Below are positions 47,623 through 56,666 of a stretch of DNA of 64,000 bases, one piece after another. The position numbers and the translations under genes are program-made. The notes below the pieces were generated by a model. It searched no databases. It worked only from the letters and a program-made list of their open reading frames with translations, and had not been told where the DNA came from. Positions within the stretch are counted from its first letter, which is position 1; each line of letters starts with the position of its first letter. This DNA comes from a virus: IMG/VR virus record IMGVR_UViG_3300009509_000013, positions 1 to 64,000 of that record; one strand, given 5' to 3'.

Positions 47623-49605
47623 TCAGGAAGCGACGGTTGCGATTCCCCCAATCGAAAAGCCGGTGATCTTGCCGGCTTTGATTTTCTTCCAAAGTTGATC
47701 GTTCTCGATCTTGACCTTCATGATCCAAGATCCCTTTTTGACTTTCTTCCCGCCAAGCTTCATTGCGACTTCGGAAACGTAGCTTTCGACAAGCGTCACG
47801 CCGATTTGACCGAAAATCGTGTGCATCAAACCGAGCTTCGTCGATTCGCGATAGCGCGCCAAAAAGTTGTGCGCCGCCTTTTCGATCACGGCTTCGTCAA
47901 CCGTGTCTTTTTGCGCGTCGACCGTTCCCGGCTCCAAAACGACGCCCGTCACTTGCCGCTTTTCCGCCTTCAAAATCGGAACGAAGACTTTCTCGATTTG
48001 CTCCGCTTCGTCCGGGCTCCAAGTCCAAGCCCCTTCGCCGACTTCTTTCAAGACGAAGACGCCTTTCACTTCCGCGCCGTCAAGCTCGACTTTCATTTCA
48101 GAATCTTCGAGCTTCAAGACGCGAGCGGAACCGGCGTCAAGCTTCGTGATCTTGCATTCGACGCCCTTCGTCGGATTCAAGAAATGTCCGCCGGAAACGA
48201 CGCCTTCGAAATCGAGCGCTTCCCTATGCGGTTCCGACTTGAACACGACTTCGCAAACGCTTTCGGGGTCGGCGTCCGTTCCCATTTCAACGGAAACAAG
48301 TTCGTCGTGACCAATGTCGAGCCGGAGCAACGTCGATTCTTCGCCGCCGGCGACCGCCTTGTGAATCGCGAAACGGGAATGATTCATTGACGCCTTGCGG
48401 ATTTCCCGCTTGAACGGAAGCGCGAAGTCGATCTCGACGTCGCCCTTCGTGATCGCTTGAACCAAACCGTCGCGAATCGTCTTCGCTTCGCCGTCGTCGG
48501 TCTTTTCCCAATAGCGGGAGCCTTCCGGGATCTGCTTTCGAACTTCAACCGGAAGCGCCGAAACGCCCGCCGGCGGAAGCCAACCCTTTTCGACCGCTTC
48601 TTCGGTCAAAACGAACGGCGTGAAATCGTCGGAGTGTGACGCCTTCCAATCGTCGCCGTCGCGCTTGAACAAAATCGGATAATTCAACCCCGTTCCTTGG
48701 GGGAAATATTCGTGAAACCCGTCGAATTGTGCGCCGAATTCGACGACGCCCTTTTCGACGATTTGCAAAACGCCGCCTTCGTCGTCGAAGATCCCCGCCT
48801 TCGTCCGCGCTTCAATGTCGAGCCATGCGACCGGAGCCGGAGCTTTGCGCTTGCAAACGACTTCCCGCTTCCATTCGCCGGAACGGAAATCAATCGCGGA
48901 AACCGCTTCAACCGGAAGCGCCCGCGCTTGCTTCAACGTTTCGACGGGAGCCGTCACGGGAGCGATTTGCGTGTCGAGTTCCCAACCGACCGCGACGTCG
49001 CCCGCCCGCGCTCGGAATTCGCTTCGGAGCGCCTTCCCGATCCATCTTTGGTGAACCGTGAACGGGTGCTTTTCGTCTTCTGTCGGAACGTCGACAAACG
49101 GATCGAGCGTTTCGCCCTTTTCGACTTCGACCGAATTCACAACCGCCTTCGTCGCGTCAATCGGTTGAAGCGTCGGTCGCTCCGCCTTCGTGACTTCGAA
49201 TTCGGTTGAAACGTCGTCGAGCATGTCGCCCGGCGGGGAAGGGTGCGCGACGTTCCGGTCGGCGAGTTCGTCGACGATCAAAGCGTGAAGGTTCATTGAA
49301 CCTTCGCGATCCGCCTTCGTCATGAACTCCCGGTGAAGCTCCGCGTGAAGCTCGACAAGCTCCGTCGCCGAACATTTCGAAACGTCGATCACGTCCGACC
49401 AAAACTTTTCGGTCGCCGTCTTGCGCTTCGGCTTTTCTTCTTTCACTTTGATTCCGCTTGAACCAAGCGAAGCCGGAGCGAGCTTCCCGGCGTTTCCGAG
49501 ATCGGTTGAAGTGATCGCCTTCGACGCTTCAACCGTTGATCGCTTTTCGATCTTGTCGGTCGCCGACATTGCCCGTCGCGGCATTCGTTTTCTTTTCGCC
49601 GTCAT
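47623..49605 (-). CDS. multidomain head protein with C-terminal XkdF-type prohead serine protease domain
   Basis: VTGVVLEP..DAQKD..IEKAAHNF..MH..VESY..GSW..WKKIKAGKITGFSIGG. Confidence 0.8.
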   Translation of the reverse strand: MTAKRKRMPRRAMSATDKIEKRSTVEASKAITSTDLGNAGKLAPASLGSSGIKVKEEKPKRKTATEKFWSDVIDVSKCSATELVELHAELHREFMTKADREGSMNLHALIVDELADRNVAHPSPPGDMLDDVSTEFEVTKAERPTLQPIDATKAVVNSVEVEKGETLDPFVDVPTEDEKHPFTVHQRWIGKALRSEFRARAGDVAVGWELDTQIAPVTAPVETLKQARALPVEAVSAIDFRSGEWKREVVCKRKAPAPVAWLDIEARTKAGIFDDEGGVLQIVEKGVVEFGAQFDGFHEYFPQGTGLNYPILFKRDGDDWKASHSDDFTPFVLTEEAVEKGWLPPAGVSALPVEVRKQIPEGSRYWEKTDDGEAKTIRDGLVQAITKGDVEIDFALPFKREIRKASMNHSRFAIHKAVAGGEESTLLRLDIGHDELVSVEMGTDADPESVCEVVFKSEPHREALDFEGVVSGGHFLNPTKGVECKITKLDAGSARVLKLEDSEMKVELDGAEVKGVFVLKEVGEGAWTWSPDEAEQIEKVFVPILKAEKRQVTGVVLEPGTVDAQKDTVDEAVIEKAAHNFLARYRESTKLGLMHTIFGQIGVTLVESYVSEVAMKLGGKKVKKGSWIMKVKIENDQLWKKIKAGKITGFSIGGIATVAS

Positions 49606-49647
49606 TGTTGCCCGCCATGATAGCCGGAGAAAGTCGAAGTTCAAAAC

Positions 49648-49854
49648 TCAAGTCGAAATTGCAATTTCGCGCACCTTTTCGAAATATTCTGTCGGGTCGT
49701 CGAAAAGATATGAAATTGTTTCGGCCAAATCTCCGGGAATTTCGCCATTTTTGGCGAGATTTTTCATAATATTCAAAGCGCCGTCAAGGTCGTTTCTGTC
49801 GAGCTTGTAAACGTCGCGCTTTGCGTCTTCGATTTGCTTTTCGGAAAGTGCCAT
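49648..49854 (-). CDS. small acidic protein, candidate immunity protein for the MuF toxin domain
   Basis: GGGG RBS, starts 8 nt after the MuF stop; visibly AT-richer than the flanking DNA. Confidence 0.5.
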   Translation of the reverse strand: MALSEKQIEDAKRDVYKLDRNDLDGALNIMKNLAKNGEIPGDLAETISYLFDDPTEYFEKVREIAIST

Positions 49855-49862
49855 TCGACCCC

Positions 49863-51932
49863 CTAGAACGCCGCGTTCACGTTGCGTTCAAGTTGCTTTT
49901 GAAATTCTTCGGTGAATGAAGCCGCTTCGCTTTCAGTCATTCCGGCGATCATTCTCGCCGGCGGCTTCGTGCTTCGCGCGAAGTGTTTCGGATAGTCTTG
50001 ACCGCGCATGACCGTTGCCCGCGTCGACCGCATTTTGATTGAAGCGGCTTCGAGAATTTCGTCGAGTTCCTTTTCGGCGATTCGTTCAACGTCGATTCCG
50101 GCTTTCGCGATTGCGGTTTCGGTTGCGGCGGCGATCTCTTTTTTGACCGTCTTGATTTCGTATTCATACGCGCCATAACGCCGCCCGGTCTTTGCGTCGA
50201 CAATGCGCGCCGGATTGACGCCCCATTTTCGGATCATGATCTGTCGACTCAAGTGTTCACAAGTCGCTTCTTCGAGCGCAAGCGCCGCGCCTTTCAATTG
50301 GTTCAATGCAATCGGCGCGTGTGAATGAATCGTTTCGTGAACCAAAACCGAAAACGCTTCGTTCGCCGCGTCCGTTCGCGCGCCCTTTGCGAAAAGCGCC
50401 GCTTGTTTTTGAACGTCGCGCGTGATCCAAATCGCGCCATTCTCGACGAACTTCCCGTTCGCGCGCCCCATGTTTTGTTTGACTTGCGCGATCAAGAAAT
50501 TGAATTTGTCGCGCTTGTCTCGCGTCGCGGTCGCCGTTTCGACGTTGCTCCAAATGATCGACCGCTCGATCATTCCGTGTTCCGCCATAAGCGCGTTCAA
50601 TTCTTTGCGGATCGCCGCTTGTTGCGCCGGCGAATATTGCTTGAATGTCGCCGTTACGCCGGGAATCCCTTCGCGCTTCGCCGCGACCGCCTTTTCAAGC
50701 GCCTTTTGATTGAACGCCTTCGTCGGCGTGACGTTCGTCTTCGGAAGATCCGGGAAGATTGTCTTCGCCGCTTGCGCCGCTTGCGACGCTTGAATCGCAG
50801 AAGCCGCAACGCCCGCCGCGCGCCCGATGTTCGTCACGTTGCGCGAAATTTCAATCGGGTCGGAAAGGTTTTCATAGGTCGTCGATTCTTCCGAAACGTC
50901 GACCGTGCAACGGCAACGAAAGTGAAACGGCGGGGAAGAAAAGCCGGCGTCGGCGAGCGCCTTCGCGTCTTTCGGACCTTGCGGACCTTTGCCGCTTGTG
51001 ACATTCGCGAGCTTCCCCGGCGATAGCCAAGGGTGAGCTTTCCGCATGTCTTCGGGAGTCGTCGCTTCGAGATCGCGAACCATTTGATCGACGCCTTGAC
51101 GAACCGAAAAGATCTTTCCGTTCATTGTGTCGCAAACCGGACACGTTCGTTCGTCGCTCGGATTCACGATTTCGTAATAGGTGACGCCAATCGACGCGAA
51201 GCTTCGCATTTGACCTTGTGCGCGCGCGACCGTCGCCGCGTTCGCGACAAGCCCTTCGAAATATTGCCGATCCGTTCCGGTGAATCCCTTCGGTGTCGAA
51301 AAGATTCCGAGCGCGTCGCGCGTTCGCTCCGCCATGACCTTTCCCGCCGCGCGTCCGACCGCTCCGGTTTCCATTGCTTCGCGCGTCGTCTTTTCGATTG
51401 TTTGCGCGACGTTTTTGTCGAAGTGCTCCCCGATCCAAAGCGTTTGTTGATCTTTGATCGCGCGAAGCGCTCCGTCGTCTACCACGTCGAACGACGGCAA
51501 AACTTGCGCCTTGAAGCCCGCCGCCTTTTTCACTTCCGCCGTTGCGTTCGGCGTATCGAATTGAAGCGACGCCTTCGTTTGTCGCGTTGCTTTCTTGTGA
51601 CCGGCGATCCGCGCGAGCCGATAGACTTCCGCGATCTCCCGGTTGAAGCGCGGCGTGACCGCCTTCGCCCAAGGTCGCATGATTCGCTTGATCGTCGCCG
51701 CGATTTGAGCCGACGAAGCCCCGCGCTCCGCCATGCTCCCCGCTTTCTCCGCCGCTTTTTTCGAACGGTCGCGCCATTCCTTCAAGAGATATTCGCGAAG
51801 ACGTGTTTCGATCTTCGCGATTTGCGCGACTTCCGAAAGCCGAAGCGCCTTCGCGATCAAGACGTCGGAAGCGATCAACCCGTCATAGAGCCGACCGACG
51901 TCAAGCCTTTGTGTCGCCGCCGTTGAAGCCAA
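49863..51932 (-). CDS. MuF/SPP1 gp7 head morphogenesis protein with C-terminal HExxH metallopeptidase-like extension
   Basis: DERTCPVC and PPFHFRCRC MuF motifs; VLVHETIHSH...LEEATCE in the extension. Confidence 0.82.
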   Translation of the reverse strand: MASTAATQRLDVGRLYDGLIASDVLIAKALRLSEVAQIAKIETRLREYLLKEWRDRSKKAAEKAGSMAERGASSAQIAATIKRIMRPWAKAVTPRFNREIAEVYRLARIAGHKKATRQTKASLQFDTPNATAEVKKAAGFKAQVLPSFDVVDDGALRAIKDQQTLWIGEHFDKNVAQTIEKTTREAMETGAVGRAAGKVMAERTRDALGIFSTPKGFTGTDRQYFEGLVANAATVARAQGQMRSFASIGVTYYEIVNPSDERTCPVCDTMNGKIFSVRQGVDQMVRDLEATTPEDMRKAHPWLSPGKLANVTSGKGPQGPKDAKALADAGFSSPPFHFRCRCTVDVSEESTTYENLSDPIEISRNVTNIGRAAGVAASAIQASQAAQAAKTIFPDLPKTNVTPTKAFNQKALEKAVAAKREGIPGVTATFKQYSPAQQAAIRKELNALMAEHGMIERSIIWSNVETATATRDKRDKFNFLIAQVKQNMGRANGKFVENGAIWITRDVQKQAALFAKGARTDAANEAFSVLVHETIHSHAPIALNQLKGAALALEEATCEHLSRQIMIRKWGVNPARIVDAKTGRRYGAYEYEIKTVKKEIAAATETAIAKAGIDVERIAEKELDEILEAASIKMRSTRATVMRGQDYPKHFARSTKPPARMIAGMTESEAASFTEEFQKQLERNVNAAF

Positions 51933-51941
51933 AACGCGCCC

Positions 51942-53741
51942 CTATTCTTCGTCGAGATCGTCGCCGTGATCGTGCTCCGATTCCGTGACTTCCGCGCGCC
52001 AACGCGCTTCGAGTCGCTTGTTCATTTGAAGCAAGCGTTCGACGATCACTTCGTCGCGGAAAAGATCGGGATCGGTTGCGCCGGTTAGCATGTCGATTGC
52101 CTTCAACGCCGTCACTTGTTGACCGGGCTCCGCCGGGTCCGCCTTGTTTTTGACCGCTTCGGCCATTTGCAGCGAAAACGGAACGTCGGGATCGATCCCT
52201 TCCGGGAATGGCGGGAGTTCGATTCCGAGAATATCTTCGAGCGCGATCCGCGCAATTCGCGGCGTCATGCCGCCCGTTTTTTCCGCGCCGCCCAAGATCT
52301 TCACAAGTTCCGTGTTGTCCGTTGTGTTCGGCGTGTTCGACTTGAACTTGTGATAAACGATCCCCATGACCGGGAACAAAATCCGATTGACCCAAGAATC
52401 GAACGACGTTCGTTCCGGGTTGAAAACTTGTTCGTCGGCGAGCTTGCGCGACGACTCCGCCGTCGCTCGCGTGTAATCGTCGGAGCGCCCGACGAAGATC
52501 GGCGGAAGCCGGAAGACGCGACGAATCTTGTCTTGATTGTTGCCGCTATAGTTTTGAAACAAAGCGTCTTTGTGTTGCTCTTTGACAAGCGGCTTGATCT
52601 CCATTTTGATTTGACCGCCGTCTTCGCCTTCGAGATCGCCTTCGCCTTCGAGAATCAAAAACTTCGAATAGTTGTCCGACCCTTGAATTTGCGACTCGAC
52701 GAAATCTTTGATTCGGTTGATCGACCCTTGTGTCAATTGCCCGTTCGAAACGAGAACAACCATGCTTGGAATATTATTCGACTTGAAGGTCGTGAAATTT
52801 ATTTCTTCGGCGGCGCGATCTCCAAAAATTGAAAGCAAGTTGCCAATGTAGCGCGGAAGACCATAGGGCGAACGCGCCGAATAGATCTTGAAGTGAACGA
52901 TTTCGTTCGCGCGGAAATTTTCGGGGAGATCTTCTTTCGCGACGTCGCCGGTTCGATTGTCGATCACGCGCGGATCGCCGAACTCTTTGAACCAACGCAT
53001 TTTGAACGACCCGACATAGGAAAGATTTCGTCGAAGAATCGCGCGCGATTGCGCGAAGCGACGAAACCGCTTCCAAGTCGGAAGCTTCGAAACACGAACC
53101 GACCCGTCCGGTTGCCGTTCAAGAATCGGCATTTCGACGGGAAGCATTTCTTCGTCAATCGGCGAAAGCCGCATTTGATAGCTTGGAATATGGTTGAAGC
53201 CTTGCACGTCGCCGGCGACGTTCCGAATCACTTCGAGATAAGCGTTCCCCGTCGTTTCGAGATCTTTCCGAATTCGCTTTCGGGTTTCGGTGAAGTCTTC
53301 GTCAATCGTCGCATAGGCGAAGAAATTTTCGAGCCGAATCTTTTCGCCCTTCACGTTGTCGGCGAGCGCCTTCGGCGTTTTTTCGTTCATTTCGACGCGC
53401 GGAACGAACCGGAACCCGAAGCCTTCAATGTTCGTTTGCATGGCTTCGATACATTGGTTCAATTCCGAAGAATGTTCCGGGAGCATTGCCAACGTGAGCA
53501 AGTCGAACGGCGGATCGATCAAGTTCCCCTTCGCCGCCATTGCTTGAAACGGGTCGTCGGCGAGTTCTTTCGATTTCCCGGCTTCCGAGAATTCATTCGG
53601 CGCGGCTTTCGTTATGCTTTCGTCGAGCCCGACGACAATCGCCCGGACCTTCGTCGCCGGTTGAAGCGACGATTGATTCGCTTGCGCGCTTTGTGCGTTT
53701 GCGTCTTTGTGCATGTCGACGATTTTTGTTTGTTCAATCAT
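51942..53741 (-). CDS. portal protein (PBSX-like)
   Basis: DLETTGNAYLEV, NEIVHF, YGLP, FRLPPIFVG..DYTRATA. Confidence 0.9.
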   Translation of the reverse strand: MIEQTKIVDMHKDANAQSAQANQSSLQPATKVRAIVVGLDESITKAAPNEFSEAGKSKELADDPFQAMAAKGNLIDPPFDLLTLAMLPEHSSELNQCIEAMQTNIEGFGFRFVPRVEMNEKTPKALADNVKGEKIRLENFFAYATIDEDFTETRKRIRKDLETTGNAYLEVIRNVAGDVQGFNHIPSYQMRLSPIDEEMLPVEMPILERQPDGSVRVSKLPTWKRFRRFAQSRAILRRNLSYVGSFKMRWFKEFGDPRVIDNRTGDVAKEDLPENFRANEIVHFKIYSARSPYGLPRYIGNLLSIFGDRAAEEINFTTFKSNNIPSMVVLVSNGQLTQGSINRIKDFVESQIQGSDNYSKFLILEGEGDLEGEDGGQIKMEIKPLVKEQHKDALFQNYSGNNQDKIRRVFRLPPIFVGRSDDYTRATAESSRKLADEQVFNPERTSFDSWVNRILFPVMGIVYHKFKSNTPNTTDNTELVKILGGAEKTGGMTPRIARIALEDILGIELPPFPEGIDPDVPFSLQMAEAVKNKADPAEPGQQVTALKAIDMLTGATDPDLFRDEVIVERLLQMNKRLEARWRAEVTESEHDHGDDLDEE

Positions 53742-53751
53742 GGTCAACCCC

Positions 53752-55221
53752 TTACATAATGCCCGGTTCTTCGCGCCGTCGCTTTTTGCGTTTCAACTTG
53801 CTCGCCGTGATCGCCAAGTCGAGCGCGTCGAAGCCGTCTTTGTAGCGAAAATTAGGAAACAAAACCAACAAGTCGATCAAGTCGGTCAAGTTCTTTCGGA
53901 AGAAAACGCGCTTGTCTTCAAACATTGGCGACAATTTCCAAGCGCGCGTCACCTTGTCTTTGTCCGTGTGAATCGCCTTCAACCGAAGATTTTTGTCGCC
54001 GTCTTTCAAGTGCTGATATTGCGCGGCTTGGTAAGCGTTCGTTTCAATGCCGCAACGGATCGGGTCGTGCCTTCGATAGAACTCTTTGATCTTTCGCGTT
54101 TGATCGTTGAAGCGAAGGTGTCCTTCGAAGTAATCGATCACATAATGATCTTCGGTCTTCGTGTCGATTCCGACGACCGCAATCGCGAACTTGTCGGCTT
54201 TCTCGCTTTCCGAAATCGCCAAGTCAACGCCCATGAACACGCGAAGCCCGCCGGGGATCTCCGAATCGTCGACCTTTTGACAGTCGTCATATTGGAAGAT
54301 CTCGCCCTTCATTGCTTCGGTGTCGCATTGGTATTGAGCGTTGAAAATGATCGTTCCCGACTTGCGCTTCTTTTCCTTGAACCACTTCGGCGGATATTTG
54401 TCCGGCCAAGGCGAACGCCCGTCTTCGTCAAGCGCGGGAATGATTTGATGATGATCGGCGAGTTCGTTCGCGATCAAATGCCCATAGAGATCGTCGAAGT
54501 GATAGCGCGTTCCTAGCCTATGGTGTTCCCCTCTATGCGGAACCGACTTGTCCGGCGGTTCAAGGCAAGGGTCGAGCGTTTGATAATACCATTGACGAAC
54601 GCGGTCGCGCATGTATTTCGTCCGCGTGTTGTCTTCGTCAACCAAGTCGTCGGAAAGGATCACGTCGTAATGTTTGCCGACGACGGCGGCTTCAACGCCG
54701 ATGCAAGTGATCGTTGATTCTTTCGAATACTTCGTTCGGGGAGCGACTTCGATTTCGCGGTTGTCCCATTTTCCGACCTTGTGCGGATCGTAATACTCGC
54801 CGAAAAGTTCCGCGAAGCGTTCGTTCCCTTCAAGGTGTCCTTTGATTTCTTTTAGGAACGCTTCGCTTTGCGCGCTCGTTTTGCTCGCGATCAAAATCCG
54901 AATGTTCGGATCTTTCGCGAGCAAATGAAGCGACTTCGTGATCGTGCAAACGGTCGACTTCCCCGCGCCACGAAACACAAGTTGAAGGTTGTCCGGGTGA
55001 ATGAATTGATAGCGAAGCAACGCCAAATGAAACGGTTCGATTTGATAGTCGAGAACCGCCGTCGCGAGAATGTCGATCCGGTTGTGATCGATGATCATTC
55101 GCCGGAGCCATTCGTTCCCCATTGCCCGATAGTGTCGGGCGAGATCTAGCAATTGCCCGCGATCCGCTTCTTCAATCGCTTTCGGCGAGCCTTGCAAAAT
55201 TGGGAAAACGGAACTCGACAT
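53752..55221 (-). CDS. terminase large subunit
   Basis: FRGAGKST, DDLVD, GTRYHFDDLYG, FNAQYQ, GVDLAIS, DGFDAL. Confidence 0.93.
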   Translation of the reverse strand: MSSSVFPILQGSPKAIEEADRGQLLDLARHYRAMGNEWLRRMIIDHNRIDILATAVLDYQIEPFHLALLRYQFIHPDNLQLVFRGAGKSTVCTITKSLHLLAKDPNIRILIASKTSAQSEAFLKEIKGHLEGNERFAELFGEYYDPHKVGKWDNREIEVAPRTKYSKESTITCIGVEAAVVGKHYDVILSDDLVDEDNTRTKYMRDRVRQWYYQTLDPCLEPPDKSVPHRGEHHRLGTRYHFDDLYGHLIANELADHHQIIPALDEDGRSPWPDKYPPKWFKEKKRKSGTIIFNAQYQCDTEAMKGEIFQYDDCQKVDDSEIPGGLRVFMGVDLAISESEKADKFAIAVVGIDTKTEDHYVIDYFEGHLRFNDQTRKIKEFYRRHDPIRCGIETNAYQAAQYQHLKDGDKNLRLKAIHTDKDKVTRAWKLSPMFEDKRVFFRKNLTDLIDLLVLFPNFRYKDGFDALDLAITASKLKRKKRRREEPGIM

Positions 55222-55226
55222 TCGCT

Positions 55227-55448
55227 TCAATGCTCCCCACCAAAACACGCATGATCAAGAAATTGAAACGCCGCGAAGATTTGTTCGGCTTCGGCTTGCG
55301 AGCGCGCCGCAATTTCAACCGACCCGCTTTCTTCGTCGGCGATCAACGCTTCGCGCCCGTCAACAAAGAATCGGTGAACTTTGCCTTCCGGTTGCGCGCC
55401 TTGATCGTAAACGAGAACGACGTTCGGACTATCGCTTTTCGACGTCAT
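55227..55448 (-). CDS. hypothetical protein
   Basis: Fills the gap with genome-typical codon usage. Confidence 0.45.
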   Translation of the reverse strand: MTSKSDSPNVVLVYDQGAQPEGKVHRFFVDGREALIADEESGSVEIAARSQAEAEQIFAAFQFLDHACFGGEH

Positions 55449-55800
55449 AGCCGGAAACCAAAACGTCGACGCCCGCCGCGCCCGCGCCGCCGGTCACGGC
55501 AACGAACATGATCCGCCCCAAACAATGCGCGGAAAATTCGAACGGAGTCGCCGCGCCCGGAGCGACCTTCGCCGCCGTGTCGGAATCGACGACAAACTTG
55601 TTCGCCGCTTGGCTCCAATAGTGAACCGCAACGGTCGGCGTCAACGCCGCGCCCGGAATGACTTGAATGTTCGCCCATTCGTGCGACGCCATGTTCATTC
55701 CGTGTTCTTTCGGAACATTCGCGATTGTATCAACCGCCGCGACCTTGCTTCTATGCTCCGCGTATTCCGGCGCTTTCTTTGGTGCTCTTTGAATCGTCAT
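55429..55800 (-). CDS. hypothetical beta-rich protein
   Basis: RBS and tight packing with its neighbours. Confidence 0.55.
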   Translation of the reverse strand: MTIQRAPKKAPEYAEHRSKVAAVDTIANVPKEHGMNMASHEWANIQVIPGAALTPTVAVHYWSQAANKFVVDSDTAAKVAPGAATPFEFSAHCLGRIMFVAVTGGAGAAGVDVLVSGYDVEKR

Positions 55801-55803
55801 GTC

Positions 55804-56169
55804 TTACCGCTCCCAATCTTCGGACGTGAAACCGTTTGAACCCAACCGTTCCCGCGCCCAAGTGAAAACGACTTCGGGGTCGAAGTCGCGACAAGAGAAC
55901 ACGTCAAGTTTGACTTCACGGCGAAGCGGCCAAGCGTGAATTGCAACGTGTGACGTCGACAAAATCGCGCAAGCCGTCACGCCGCCTTCGTCTTCGAACG
56001 GTTCCCTTCCGAGCTTTTCAATTTCTAGCGGAACCGAAACGCTCAAAGTTCCGAGCGTCGTCATTCCGAGCGCTTCAACCAAATCGCAAACGGCGATCTT
56101 CATTCCGGCTTCGTCGTTCACTTTCGCCGGGTCGCAATCGCCGTCAAAAACAAGGTGTCTCCCGCTCAT
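55804..56169 (-). CDS. speD: S-adenosylmethionine decarboxylase family proenzyme
   Basis: GRHLVFD, GGVT..ILSTSHVAIHAWP, LDVFSC (pyruvoyl-dependent AdoMetDC signatures). Confidence 0.85.
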   Translation of the reverse strand: MSGRHLVFDGDCDPAKVNDEAGMKIAVCDLVEALGMTTLGTLSVSVPLEIEKLGREPFEDEGGVTACAILSTSHVAIHAWPLRREVKLDVFSCRDFDPEVVFTWARERLGSNGFTSEDWER

Positions 56170-56180
56170 TTCGCCCCGCC

Positions 56181-56217
56181 AAAAGGCGACGCCCCGGAAA
56201 ACCGGAGCGCCGCCTTC
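56181..56217 (-). terminator. intrinsic terminator
   Basis: Stem AAGGCGGCGCTCCGG/CCGGGGCGTCGCCTT ending in a T run, after gene 56242-56547. Confidence 0.6.
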
Positions 56218-56241
56218 AAGGGTTGTTCGGCTCCGGTCGGC

Positions 56242-56547
56242 TTACTCGTAAGCCTTCCAAAAAACCTTTTCGCCGGCGACGTTCAAATCGCCGTCTTGAC
56301 CGAGCTTGAACCCGGTCGACAACGGGGTGATCCCGTTCGGCGACGCAACCGCCGACTTGGTTCCGGCGGTCACTTCTTTGACGCAAGTTGCGTCCGCCAT
56401 GCCTTCGACCCAAGTCGCCGAAGCGAGCCCGTCGAGATTCAAAAGCTCGACCGCGCTCGGACGGAACGGCAACGTCTTGATCTCGACGTCCGCCGCGCCT
56501 TCGCCCTCAAAGGTTCCGAACAAAACTTTTCTGCTTCCACTTGCCAT
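56242..56547 (-). CDS. probable capsid decoration or other high-copy virion protein
   Basis: GTFEGEG..LPFRPSAV..NGIT..GF..LN..G...WKAY beta pattern; GGAGG RBS and its own terminator. Confidence 0.5.
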   Translation of the reverse strand: MASGSRKVLFGTFEGEGAADVEIKTLPFRPSAVELLNLDGLASATWVEGMADATCVKEVTAGTKSAVASPNGITPLSTGFKLGQDGDLNVAGEKVFWKAYE

Positions 56548-56666
56548 GATTCAACCTCCAAGTTGAAACCCGCCCTTGACAGACCGCTATCCCGGCAAAA
56601 GAACTTCGGTCCTGTTACGCTCGCACCATTGCGAACGGAACTCGAAGCGGATCAAAAAACCCATTG

